Assembly (NCBI GenBank): GCA_002269645.1
Contig: NIVC01004122.1
Span: 1-59,355, forward strand
Length of the DNA stretch: 59,355 bases
From: Macrostomum lignano
Taxonomy: Eukaryota
Direction: 5' to 3'
Part shown: positions 33,888 through 45,102 of the stretch, piece after piece
Layout of the letters: each line of letters starts with the position of its first letter
Numbering within the stretch: position 1 is the first letter of the stretch
The notes under the pieces: model-generated
What the model was told of the DNA's origin: nothing
The model's database searches: none
What the model saw: only the letters and a program-made list of their open reading frames with translations
Program-made: the position numbers and the translations under genes

Positions 33888-36838
33888 CTAATGATCGGAC
33901 AAGTTTTGAGGAATTTGAAGATTTTTCGGTACTGGAGAACATTTCGCTAGCAGATGGACATAAGCTCGAAGCCACTGGAAAGGGAACCGTTCGGTTGTAT
34001 ATCAATACTGGTTCTGGTAAGAAATTGTGCGAGCTGAGCGACGTTCTATATGTACCACTTATGGAACAGAATTTGTTCTCAGTATCAGCAGTTACAAGAA
34101 AAGGCTTCCGTGTACAATTCAGCGACGACAAGTGTCAGATTTTGAGCGCAACTGGTAAGATTGTTGGAGAAGCTTTAAAAGTTGGCAGACTGTACAAATT
34201 GAAAGGCTTTAACCTAACTAACGAGACTGCATCTGTCGCGAGAAACAACAGCATCGACCTATGGCATCAGCGCTATGGACACCTAGGTGAGCAAGACCTG
34301 AAATCTCTAATTAATGGAAAGCAAGTGGACGGAATTGAGCTTAGCAAGGATGACGTAAAAACTGAAGGCATCAGTTTCTGCACAGCATGTGTGGAAGGAA
34401 AGCTACATCGAACGCCATTTGCAAAGGGTGAAGCGTCAAGGTCAACTGAACTATTGGGTCTAATTCACAGTGACGTGTGCGGTCCCATGAAAACTACGTC
34501 AATTGGAGGATCAAAGTATTTTGTCACATTTATTGACGACTATTCGCGCTATTGCTCAGTTTACTTCATTAAAAGCAAGTCAGAAGTCTTAGAAAAATTC
34601 AAGATCTTTCAGGCTCTCGTCACGAATCAAACAGGCAAGTCTATCAAGATTCTTCGGACTGACAATGGTGGAGAGTATACATCGGGAGAATTTGAGGCAT
34701 TCTGTGCCCGAAACGGAATCATTCACCAGACTACTGTCCCACACTCTCCTAAACAGAACGGAGTAGCCGAGAGAATGAACCGAACCTTGGTGGAGGCAGC
34801 ACGAACAATGATTGCACATGCTCATATTGGCAAGGAATTCTGGGCAGAAGCAATCTCTACGGCAGCATATCTGCGTAATCGATCAATAACGAGTGCAGTC
34901 AACAAAGCGACACCATATCAAATTTGGACCGGCAGCAAGCCGAGTGTTCAGCATTTGCGAATATTTGGATGCGTTGCCTACGCGCATGTCCCAGCTGAGA
35001 AACGTCACAAGTTTGACTCAAAAGCTCGGGAAGTCAGATTTATTGGATACTCGGAAACCTCAAAAGGATATCGTTGTTTTGATTTCCAAACACGATCAGT
35101 TTTCGTCAGTCGCGATGTAACGTTCCAAGAGTCGTGCTTCGTGAAGCAATTAGTGGAGAAGCAGGAGACACTTCAACTGAATGCAGGTACCGAACCAGCA
35201 TCGTCTGATTTCAAATGTGTTCCTGAAACTGTCGACAAGCAAGAAGTTCGGAGATCAACTCGAGAGAAGAAGCCCGTTGACAGGTACGTGGCATCCGTCG
35301 CAACACAAATTGACGAACCGAAAACTCTACAGCAAGCATTAGACAGCTCATTCTCTAAAGACTGGCAAGAGGCTGCGAACGCAGAGTACGAGTCACTGAT
35401 GGAGAACAAGACATGGAAACTGGTTGAGCTACCAAAAGGACGTCAAACTATTGGCTGTAAGTGGGTATTTCGTGTCAAGTATAAGGCAGACAACTCAGTA
35501 GACAGATACAAAGCAAGATTGGTAGTCAAAGGATACTCTCAAGAGCATGGAGTAGATTACGAGGAGACGTATGCACCAGTAGCTCGATTTACATCAATTA
35601 GAACTCTACTGACTGTTGGAGTTCAACGAGATTGGAAAATTCACCAGATGGATGTCGTAACAGCATTTTTAAACGGCAAACTAGACGAAGAAATTTACAT
35701 GGAACAACCGGAAGGATTTGTGGTTCAAGGCAAGGAAACACTAGTATGCAAACTAGAAAGAAGTCTATATGGACTCAAGCAGGCTCCTAGATGTTGGAAT
35801 CAAACTCTACATGATGAACTTTTAAGTCTTAACCTAGTGCAGGCAAAGTCAGAACCGTGTATCTATGCTAACTCTCAATCTGCGATCGGTGTGTATGTGG
35901 ACGACATTCTATTAACAGCATCTGACGACTACATGCCCGTACTGAAGCAAGAACTGCAATCTAAATTTAAGATGAAGGATCTAGGCGAATTTCACTATTT
36001 TCTTGGAATTCAAGCTACCTGGAAGAATGGTTCATTGTTTCTAAACCAAGAGCGGTATCTAAATACCATCCTTTCTAAATTCAACATGATGGACTGCAAA
36101 CCGGTATCAACACCAATGGACACAAGTGTCAAGTTCTACACTACACAGACCTGTGATGCTAAGGTGGACAAGACTATGTATCAGGCGGCAATAGGAAGTC
36201 TAAACTACGCAGCACTAGCTACACGACCAGATGTGTCATCTGCAGTGGGAGTTCTCGCGCGATATTGCTCAGACCCAACTGAACAGCATTGGAGTGGCGT
36301 GAAGCGTGTCCTGAGATATCTAAAGGGAACCATTTCATCAGGATTGGTTTTTCAGAAGGACTCGCGTGCAATCGATCTAATTGGATATTCCGATGCAGAC
36401 TGGGCTGGAGATCACAATGACCGACGTTCTACAACCGGATACATATTCAAGTTGGCTGAATGTCCGATTAGCTGGAGTAGCAAGAAGCAACAAACTGTAG
36501 CCCTATCGACGACGGAGGCCGAGTACATGGCACTCTCAGCTGCTACCCAAGAAGCCACATGGTTACAACAGTTACTACTAGATCTTCGCGTAGAAAGTCT
36601 CAAATACGTTACTATCCTAGAAGACAATCAAGGCTGTATTGCTCTAGCTAGGAATCCTGTCTTCCACAGTCGTTCTAAGCACATTGATATCCGTCACCAT
36701 TTCGTGCGTGAGAAGTTGGTCGGTGGAACTTTAAAGCTAATTTACTGTCCGTCAGAGGAGATGATCGCTGACATTCTTACTAAAGCACTGTCTAATGCCA
36801 AGTTTCAAGTGCTCAAGGAACTGATTCCTGTTCGTTAA
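33851..36838 (+). CDS. pol: Copia Pol (protease, integrase, reverse transcriptase, RNase H); in the -1 frame relative to gag
   Basis: WIVDSGAT, LWHQRYGH, HSDVCGP, QNGVAERMNRTL, YKARLV, HQMDV..AFLNG, LYGLKQAPR, YVDDIL, YSDADWAG, KHIDIRHHF. Confidence 0.97.
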   Translation, partial: TWIVDSGATNHMTNDRTSFEEFEDFSVLENISLADGHKLEATGKGTVRLYINTGSGKKLCELSDVLYVPLMEQNLFSVSAVTRKGFRVQFSDDKCQILSATGKIVGEALKVGRLYKLKGFNLTNETASVARNNSIDLWHQRYGHLGEQDLKSLINGKQVDGIELSKDDVKTEGISFCTACVEGKLHRTPFAKGEASRSTELLGLIHSDVCGPMKTTSIGGSKYFVTFIDDYSRYCSVYFIKSKSEVLEKFKIFQALVTNQTGKSIKILRTDNGGEYTSGEFEAFCARNGIIHQTTVPHSPKQNGVAERMNRTLVEAARTMIAHAHIGKEFWAEAISTAAYLRNRSITSAVNKATPYQIWTGSKPSVQHLRIFGCVAYAHVPAEKRHKFDSKAREVRFIGYSETSKGYRCFDFQTRSVFVSRDVTFQESCFVKQLVEKQETLQLNAGTEPASSDFKCVPETVDKQEVRRSTREKKPVDRYVASVATQIDEPKTLQQALDSSFSKDWQEAANAEYESLMENKTWKLVELPKGRQTIGCKWVFRVKYKADNSVDRYKARLVVKGYSQEHGVDYEETYAPVARFTSIRTLLTVGVQRDWKIHQMDVVTAFLNGKLDEEIYMEQPEGFVVQGKETLVCKLERSLYGLKQAPRCWNQTLHDELLSLNLVQAKSEPCIYANSQSAIGVYVDDILLTASDDYMPVLKQELQSKFKMKDLGEFHYFLGIQATWKNGSLFLNQERYLNTILSKFNMMDCKPVSTPMDTSVKFYTTQTCDAKVDKTMYQAAIGSLNYAALATRPDVSSAVGVLARYCSDPTEQHWSGVKRVLRYLKGTISSGLVFQKDSRAIDLIGYSDADWAGDHNDRRSTTGYIFKLAECPISWSSKKQQTVALSTTEAEYMALSAATQEATWLQQLLLDLRVESLKYVTILEDNQGCIALARNPVFHSRSKHIDIRHHFVREKLVGGTLKLIYCPSEEMIADILTKALSNAKFQVLKELIPVR

Positions 36839-36937
36839 TATGACTGCTAACTCTTTATCTAACTTTGATATTCAAGACACAATATGAACTGTTTGTACCA
36901 GTATGCACTAGTTTTTAAGCTAAACATTAAGTGGGAG

Positions 36938-37195
36938 TGTTAAAGATGTTATAAGTAATCGTTTATCTTAAAATAGTCAACTTTATATTTATAGTAAGTG
37001 AATCCAAGTTTTCCTTCTAGAATTTTCTATAACAGACTGCTTAATTATATCTATGGTTTTCGACTCCCTTACCTGTACCACTAAGTTTTGTTTGAGCTAC
37101 GCCAGTGCTAAATTCCATGTTAACCCTTCTTTTGCTATCTTTCTCAAAACTCAATAAACGCCGATTCATTATAACTTAACAAGGCTTTCTTAATA
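36938..37195 (+). repeat. Copia 3' LTR
   Basis: Direct repeat of 32534-32791. Confidence 0.97.
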
Positions 37196-37337
37196 AGGAG
37201 TTGGGCATCCAGACTCTTGGTGACTGGTGGACGGAGGAGAAGGCGGCGCACGCCTTCTGGAAGTGGTGGAAGAGGAATGGCATAGGCACAGCTTGATCCG
37301 GCAACAACAACAACAACAACAACAGCAGCAGCAACAG

Positions 37338-39225
37338 TTGCACGTGGGACATGGTGTCCGATTTACGGCGCTCTTCGACCTCCCCCGAAGGAAGAGGGTC
37401 CCCTCCGCGACGAAAACGCGGCGCCGAGTAGGAGCTGCGGGATACCCGCAGTCTAGGCGTAAAGCCCAGAGGGTACTGACTACATCGTCCAAGAGGTCGA
37501 TTACAGTGGATACGCGGACGACCTCGCCATCTGGGCCTCCGGCAGGAATATCACAGATGTCCGTGAGCGCATTCAAAGGGCCCTCCACCTTATCGAAGAG
37601 TGGGCCAATAATCTTCGCATCGAACTCAACCCTTCAAAAACTAAATACTGCCTGTTCTCTCGCAACCGAGCCGATCGAGACACCACCGTTCATCTCTCGT
37701 TGCTTGGGCGTCCTATCCCCAGTAAGCCGGCGCTGAAGTTCCTCGGGGTCTGGATTGACCGCGGACTTCTTTTCGACAAACATCTGAGCGAAATCAAGGA
37801 CAAAATGCTCCGTCGAACTGCCATCATCAAAGCTTTAGCAAACCAGGATTGGGGATGGGATCGCCTCCTCCTCCTCAAAGTCTACCGTGCTTTGGTCGAG
37901 TCGGTGATCTGGCATGCTGCATCGGCCTGGACGCCCTGGTTGTCCAAGACTCGCCTGGATGAACTTGACCGCGCTCAAAGGGAGGCGCTGCGCACCATCA
38001 CCGGCCTGCCACGATCGACCCCCCACGGAAGCTATTTACCTGGAGGCTCAGGTTGACCCTATCAGCGTTGAGGCCCGCAGGCGTGCTCTGCTCACCTACG
38101 AGAAAGCCATCCGTCGCCCTCTCAGTGACCCGTTTCGCCAGATCTGTGAAAAACACTCGAACGTCCGACTCGCGGCCAACAGAGGCCTGCGCGAACAAGC
38201 GAGGCGCATCTGCGATTCCATGATGCCGCTCCCGCGTATGCCCTTCCACCTTGCTCGCCGTCCACCCTGGACCTCACTCGTCGACCAGGGCATCAACTGT
38301 TTCACCGACCTGCCAGACCTGGGAGCCACTTCGACTGAACAAACTCTTGCAGCCATTGAGCAACGCTGCCCAGGATCCTGCACCTACTACACCGATGGCT
38401 CGGCCACCGGAGGGGTCGAAAACGGCGGAGCCGCTTGGATCTTCCTCAATCATGATGGCACCAGCCGTCGCCGCGGGCACGCAGCAGCTGGTCGCTGGTG
38501 CAACTCCTACGAAGCCGAATTAATGGCCATCAAGCTCGCCCTGGAAGACATTATCAGCTCCGAACCGCGCCATGCCGTCAAACTGACCGACAGCCTGAGC
38601 GCCATCGCCGCCATCAAAACTGACCGTCCAACCCTCAACCTGCGGCTTGAGCAAGTTAAAGATCTCCTCGCTAACGCAGCCATGCACACAAAGATTACCC
38701 TGCAATGGGTTCCGGGACATTCGGGAGTGCCCGGTAACGAACTGGTCGACGCAGAGGCCAAGCTCGCGGCCACACTGTCTCAAGACGAGTCAGAAATTAC
38801 CCTTGCAGCTGCTAAAGAGCGCATCCGCCATCATCTCAAGTACCGCCCTACCCTTCATGGGCACTTGGCCGAGGTCTATGGTAAAACGATCTCCTTCCAT
38901 CAGGGACCGCGTCGCCAACAAATCCTCGTGGCGCAGGTCAGAGCAGGCCACTGCCCTGACTCCAACTATTATCGCAACCGCACCGGCATCACCGAAGGCG
39001 GCCCCTGCCGACCTTGCCTGGATGTTCCGGACCAATTTCATTTCTGGACCTGCCCTAAGCTCGAAGCTAATCGGCGCAACATCGGCGTCACTAGTCTGAG
39101 TGACTTTGCACGTGGTGACTTGGTGGCGCAGCTCCTGGGAGCCGTCGACTGGCGGCCCCTGTGAGTTGCTCACCGCAGACAGCAACAACAACAACAGCAG
39201 CAGCAGCAACCGCAACAACAGCAGC
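37338..39225 (+). mobile_element. LINE fragment B (I-group/Ingi-like): RT C-terminal half + RNase H, ending in a (CAA/CAG)n tract
   Basis: YADD at 37511, LNPSKT, KFLGV.ID, YTDGSATGG, SYEAEL.AI, LTDSLSAI, WVPGHSGVPGNE; stop at 39164; one frameshift near 38030; CAR repeats at 39180-39225. Confidence 0.92.
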
Positions 39226-39795
39226 CTACTGTGACGGCTCGGCTGCCGGGGGCACGTCCTGCGGAGGCACCGCGGCCGTCGTCACCGTCGGCGACCCTGA
39301 GAATCCGACCATCCAGGACACCTTCCGTCAACGCGGCGCTCCCTCCACATCGTCTTTCGAGGAGGAGGTCCGAGCCGCTGCTCTCGCCATGAACTGGATC
39401 AATTAATCCGTCACCTTGGGTGCCATCAGCATCTGCACGGACAGCCAGGCCCTCCTCCGTGCGCTTGCCAGCGGCAGCCCCACCATCAGAGCCCAGCTGC
39501 CCTCCTCCACCGTTGACATCATCTGGCAATGGGTCCCCGGCCACCAAAACATCACCGGTAACTAACTCGCCGACCTCGCCGCCAAGGAGGCCACCGCGCT
39601 GGACCTCCCTCCCCCTGCCCGGTCAGCCTGCGCAGCGCTAAAAACGCTATCTTCCGTGTCCTCCAAGACCCACCGATCAGCCACGACCGCTCTCGCCTCA
39701 CCTACAGCCAGCTCAACCGCCAACTTGAAGATGGCTTCATCACCGATCGTGCTGACGCTGTGCTTCTCGCCCGCATACGCTCGGGCCACTGCAAT
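39226..39795 (+). mobile_element. LINE fragment C (degenerate RNase H region)
   Basis: YCDGSAAGGTS, SSFEEE, ICTDSQALL, WVPGH..I.GN*LAD.AAK, LARIRSGHC; contains internal stops. Confidence 0.85.
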
Positions 39796-40869
39796 AACAA
39801 TCAGTTAGCTGAAACAGTGGGCATTCTCAGCATAATGGGAGGCGATGAAAATCAGTCAGCCAAAAGTACACACATGCCTTTGCACTGCTAATACGAGCTA
39901 AGCCAACAGCCCGTCACTCCTTTCTGCACACAAATCAGCCTAGATTAAATGAAATACACTGGTGAAATAGGCAGGGATGTTGATAAAATCTCAGTTAAGT
40001 CAGACAAATTGGCAGTCGCGAAGCTTCTCTTTCAGTGAGAAGGGGAATTCCGAGGCAAAAAAATGTTTTTCGAATATTTAATGCGAGATAACGCGAAAAC
40101 ACCATAAAATTGGTTGAGGCTTTCAGTCTGTGGAGCGTTCTACACGGACAGTATGGATAAGAGATTTATTACCCGGTACATAGTGATGACTTTGACATTC
40201 GATACAGGTGGATGATGATGATGATGACGATTTAGTAATAGTGATGGATATAGGTGGCGGGATGGATAACGGATTGGTATGTGGCACTGTGTGGGTTAAA
40301 TTCTGCATGCCAAAATAAAATAATTTGAACTTGAACTATTTTGTTTACGATGAGCCGTCCCTCATGTGCTGAGATGGCTAGCTGAACGAGTGGCGAACAT
40401 TCTCTGGCAAACAATTGATGTTCCAGATGAAGACAAGGTGTCCAGCAAGTCTTCGTTCAAGGAGACTGCAATTACTTTTGTCGAGTTTCTCAGCAGTGTT
40501 TTTCGTGACGCCACGAATGAAGACGGCCCAACTACGAATCCGCTGCATTTTGAAAGTTGACTGAGCTGCTTGTTGATAAGTGGCTTCCTCTGGCTCCTAT
40601 TTGAAACCATTTTGTGTCTAAAGCACCAAGCCAATTTGAGCTGACGAAATCGTGGTAAATGTGACTGCGGAAAATTACTTTAGGAGCATCAAACATGATG
40701 TGTGCACTGCAAGGCAGAAAGGGACTTCGTGCACCAGACTTTATGACTGCATTTCTAGAGGGGACTAGACTTAGACAGAAATCAACAAGCATTATCAAAT
40801 TCGGTATGCCACAAGCTGTTACCACCAAGAAGCGATCGGAGGATTCATCACGGGCTGAGGACGTTTAAT

Positions 40870-41770
40870 CCCATAGAGTATCTACGGCGGGAAGCGAGAA
40901 GCTTCAGGTTCGGCCGAAGCTCTGGTCTTACTCAGCACGCGAGGTAGCTGCGGGGATGCCGACATGGTCCAAAACTGCAGCAACCCCTAGTCCAGTGCCA
41001 CCACTGCGCCCCCATCAAAAACTTGGCCGAGTATGCGGATGCGGATGCTGTCCCGGTTGCGGCTCCGCCCTCGACCATGAAAACCATCAGTGAGGCGGAA
41101 AAAACAACTCGCTTCAAGTCAGCAGGAAGCTGCGCGGACCACCCGCGGAATTTCCGGGGTGGAATTCCTGCATCTTAACATGCACGACTGCATCGCGGCC
41201 TCGAGCAACCTGATGCAGGTGGCGAATTTCACTAAACCTGGTGTTATCTTACTTCAGGAGCCCTATGCGAAGAAATCTAAGATTTTGAATATTCCTGCTG
41301 GTTTCGACTGTTTCCTAGGACCCCTTGAAACCAAAGAGCATCCATATTCGTGCATACCCATCTCAAAGCTTTGCATAGACCAGGTCTTTTAGACAGAGAC
41401 ATCTGCGTAATTTAATGCAATCACATTATCACCAACCATATGGTCATTACAGCCTCGATTTCTGACGATGGCAAAGCAGTTCTACCAATCCGTCTAACTT
41501 CACTTCCGCATCGTCCTGCTTGGAGTCAATGGTCCTCTCGGGTCATGGCTATTTTTTGAGTCATCCTTACCTCCAGAAAAAATCTATTGTGAGAATCGCC
41601 TATTCTGCCTCTCCGGTGTTCAAAATGCGGAGGACTTCATTTGCGAATTTCCTCGCTTTTACTCAGGACAGGCTCACCTGCCTCGGCCCAAACCACTACC
41701 TAAGAACTACCGGGCGAGCCAGCATCCACCTCCTCGACTATATCCGGATGCCCGGAACCCCCTGCAGCTA
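40870..41770 (+). mobile_element. Decayed LINE remnant (ORF1 Cys/His end + ORF2 AP-endonuclease start)
   Basis: FLHLNMH....A..NL....VILLQEPY is a typical APE N-terminus. It is preceded by degenerate CG..QNC..CHHC. Confidence 0.6.
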
Positions 41771-43129
41771 AGTCGTGATTCAATAGTATTGCTTTGACTC
41801 TGTCCGACTATGAGCGTTATGATGCACACAGGGCGTCAAAGAGAGTATCTAATATCCGTCATATAGCAATGCAGCGGGACGTTTATTCTCATAATTATTT
41901 AACCGGTTTAATAACTACGAAATCTAGTGACCCTGGTTGGATGTATTTATTAACCGTGGTTACCACAGCATTCAAAATGTGACATAGTGACACGATGAAC
42001 TTTGCTATAGGTTGCATGCACTGTAGTGTTGACTCACTAGCAGTGGAGTTGTTATTGATCGGCTTAGAGATTGTATTTTATTCCACCCCACCCCATGCGC
42101 GCGTTTGAATCTGTCTGCACCCACCACCTCAGTGCTAAATAATAAATGTTAACAGCCTAGCTCTCAAGCGAGCACCTTTTACTCACTCCTGCAATTCCAC
42201 ACTTCTGCCTCGCTTAACAAAGTTATCACACAAAACTGTGCAGTCGTGCTCCATCGCTGACTGAATAACAAATTCGCGCAAAAACTCGTATAGCCAAAAT
42301 ATCAACCTTCCTTCGCTTTCTGAGGCACCATATCTTAAATAAATATCTTAAAATTGTTTGGCAGTCATACCTGCCCATTATTTGGGTCACCGATTTCTAG
42401 TGGTTGCTGATAAATAATTGTTTTTTTTATTTCACCAGCGTGTCTCGAAAACTATTTTGGAATACATTTCATTAATTTAGAAAGTCCTAAACATATGAGC
42501 ATAGATATGGAATATTTTATGCAAGAACCATCTGATGCATTCAGCAAGTCGGTACGCATGTTTACGCAAAAGAACACCGAAAATGTTAGAGAAATTGCTT
42601 ACTTATTTAACTTTATTATAACATTCAATATCATTGAAAAATGCTACAAAAACATGACGGTATTTTTGTCTGAGACCTATTAAGGCTGTCTTGGTTCACA
42701 AGATCAACTGAATACATACTGATTCTGGACGGTTCAATCAGTCGGTCGTCGGTCCGTCGTTTGGAGACGGTTGACTGTACTTTAAGGAGCAATTATTTGA
42801 TGCTGAATCAATCAGCGCCCCCCGTTGGGGAGCCAACAAAGAATATACTAAAATTTTTTTAATACACCCATGGACTACTCAAATACCGGGACGAGAAAAT
42901 AGGCAAATCATAACAATTTTTTACGAGGCTGGTTTGTTATTAGCAGCGAGGATGACTGGCTGACTTATTTGCATGGAGCGATACTGTGTTACTTAATTGT
43001 TGTTTACGGTTATTGTTTATCAGTTACAGCTTGTGCTACAGCTACGAGCTTATATCGACTGCAGGCTAGCAATAGACGCTGGCATTATAGCAGCTAAGTT
43101 TCTTTTTCTGCTTCTGTTGTTGGCTTAAA

Positions 43130-43264
43130 ATGCCAAGAAAGTGCAGCGTTGTTGGCTGTAAGTCAAATTACGAGTCCGAAGGATTAGTTACGAAAGTCCA
43201 TCTGTTTCCAAAGGACTCGGTTGAGCGAGAGCGATGGAGAAAAGCCCTACCGAACACTCTGGAG
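43130..43264 (+). CDS. THAP zinc-finger N-terminal exon (THAP gene or P-element-like transposase), remainder absent from the window
   Basis: MPRKCSVVGCKSNY..VHLFPKD..RERWRKALP followed by the donor GAG|GTACG. Confidence 0.8.
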
Positions 43265-43356
43265 GTACGCAATATTTACTGTAAGGTTAATTGTGCTAAT
43301 ATCTTTTTGTGAGTTACGCAGCGCGTTTTTCCTTTATTCCGCCTTTTAGTCCGTGA

Positions 43357-43385
43357 CTAGCAATCAACGCCCCCCGTTGGGGAGC
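43357..43385 (-). terminator. Helitron 3' terminal hairpin + CTAG
   Basis: 7-bp stem with one G-T pair and a 3-nt loop, 8 nt upstream of CTAG|T. Confidence 0.8.
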
Positions 43386-43459
43386 AAAAGAAATGCAATA
43401 CAGGTTTTTTTAATAAGCAACATGTAGCTAAGCCTTGAAATCTTAAAAAATCTCCTGTC

Positions 43460-43690
43460 AAACTTCTAACCATAACCCCAACCCTAACCATAACCCTAAA
43501 TTTAATATTTTGTTCACGAGTTTTTGCATGATGCTTGCATTATTTTTTGCATGACGCTTCCATAAACATTTTAATAGGCTACATGAGCTAAGTTATAAGC
43601 TACCATAACCCTAGCCCTAAGCCAAATCTTAACGCTATACCCTGAACCTAACACTAAACCTTGAAACCCTAACACTAACCCTACAGCCTG
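43460..43690. repeat. Degenerate telomere-like (TAACCC/CCCTAA) tracts in the Helitron subterminal region
   Basis: CTAACCATAACCCCAACCCTAACCATAACCCTAAA; TAACCCTAGCCCTAAG; AAACCCTAACACTAACCCT. Confidence 0.7.
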
Positions 43691-43719
43691 ACATTTTCAT
43701 AAGTTTGTGAAGCGCTTAT

Positions 43720-45065
43720 GCACCAAATTTTTGTGAACAGAATATTCTCAGTGAAATGAAATATTTGAAGCTTTATTTATTCCCGGCATAGCACATCACT
43801 ACAAAGAACGTGCATATACGCGTACCATTTAATACTTGCATACTTTAAGCGTAGGATGATACGAAACTGCGTGAATAAATTCGCCGAACTATTAAACATT
43901 TCTGTTAGTTTCACGATTATTATACACAGTACATGTACAAAGTAACAGTACTGTTCAACTGTACTGTTACGAGCTACAACAAACAAAAAACAACAAACGA
44001 CCGGTACGTGCTTTTAATTAAATTTTAAACAACCGAAAATTGACGTTCAGCAGTTAAAACAATATTTAAACCAACACTTGCATTTATTCAAATGATATGA
44101 TATGATCTTCTGCTGCTAATACGAGCGTAGCAGGTGAAAATTTGCAATGATGTAATAATTTATAACAAAAGGATAGACTGTTGCTTCAGCAGATGGTGCC
44201 ATCGACAAGCAGCCAGTATAGCTTTTTAGCGGTACAAAAATGTACATGTATATGCCATCCTGACTACCTGCCGACTCGCGTCACTGCTCAATTGCATGCA
44301 TTGGGTGTAAGCAAAGGTAGAGACACTCATTCTCAAACCAAACATTAAGTCGCTCCGCTCTGCTTAAGGCTGCTACAGAGCTTGACTGCAAATGCTCCTT
44401 TTAGAGTCTGGAACCACAGGGTATATAGAGCAGCTCCTATATCCCATTTAAAAACTCTTTTAGCCCAGTTAAGATGCAGTCAACCTACTCTCAATGAGGG
44501 CTGCTTCATAAATTCCAATTATACATACAGGTTTGACCTGCTTATACCTGTACTATATCTGTTTACTGACTGTATTTTATGGTCTGTTCAGCGACTGTAT
44601 TAGTGACTGCATTATTGTCTGTTTAGAGGCTGTATTGTCTGTTAAACGACTGTATTGTCTGTTTAGAGGCTGTATTGTCTGTTAAACGACTGTATTGTCT
44701 GTTTAGAGGCTGTATTGCCTGTTTAGAGACTGCATTGTCTGTTTAGAGGCTGTATTGCCTGTTTAGACATTGTATTGTCTGTTTAGAGACTATATTGTCT
44801 GCTTAAGGCTGTATTGTCTGTTTAGAGGCTGTATTGCCTGTTTAGAGGCTGTATTGCCTGTTTAGGGATTGCATCATTGTCTGTTAAAAGACTGTATTTA
44901 TTCTGTAATTTCTACTTTAAGTACTGTTACATTTATGTCCTATGAGTATAAGGAGGAACTTACGAAACATTCCTCGTAAATAGGATTTACTCAATGCACT
45001 CTCTCAGGGCTATCAGTTCATTGAGACTCTACGCGACTTTGATTTCACTCTCAGCCATCAGACGC
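43720..45065. repeat. Copy 2 of the internally duplicated Helitron block (direct repeat of ~50060-52410), with ~13 copies of the 20-bp repeat at 44612-44875
   Basis: 44232-44717 is identical to 50562-51047; the flanks are homologous but diverged. Confidence 0.92.
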
Positions 45066-45102
45066 TCGGGTCAAAAAAGTGGCACGCGCCAACTGTGGCA
45101 AC

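Larger units (their letters stand above)
32534..37195 (+). mobile_element. Full-length Ty1/copia LTR retrotransposon, recent insertion
   Basis: 258-bp LTRs at 32534-32791 and 36938-37195 with one mismatch; perfect 5-bp TSD AGGAG at 32529-32533 and 37196-37200; PBS GGTTATGGGCCC; PPT AAGTGGGAG; domain order PR-IN-RT-RH. Confidence 0.98.
31810..37337 (+). mobile_element. LINE fragment A (RNase H + C-terminal Cys/His finger + (CAA)n tail), split by the copia insertion
   Basis: ILTDS..AL, WIPAHCGLPGNEEADK and CRKCG..ES.EH lie at 31810-32533. The frame ..QCPATFWKRQE continues across the AGGAG TSD into LGIQTLGDWW..GTA* (stop 37296), then (CAA)7(CAG)3CAACAG at 37302-37337. Confidence 0.85.

Noticed and set aside
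40366-40560. 64-aa ORF MLRWLAERV...
   Set aside because: No motif or splice context supports it.
44382-44603. Identical 73-aa ORFs at 44382 and 50712
   Set aside because: They have a non-ATG start and no motif; their identity merely reflects the duplicated block.
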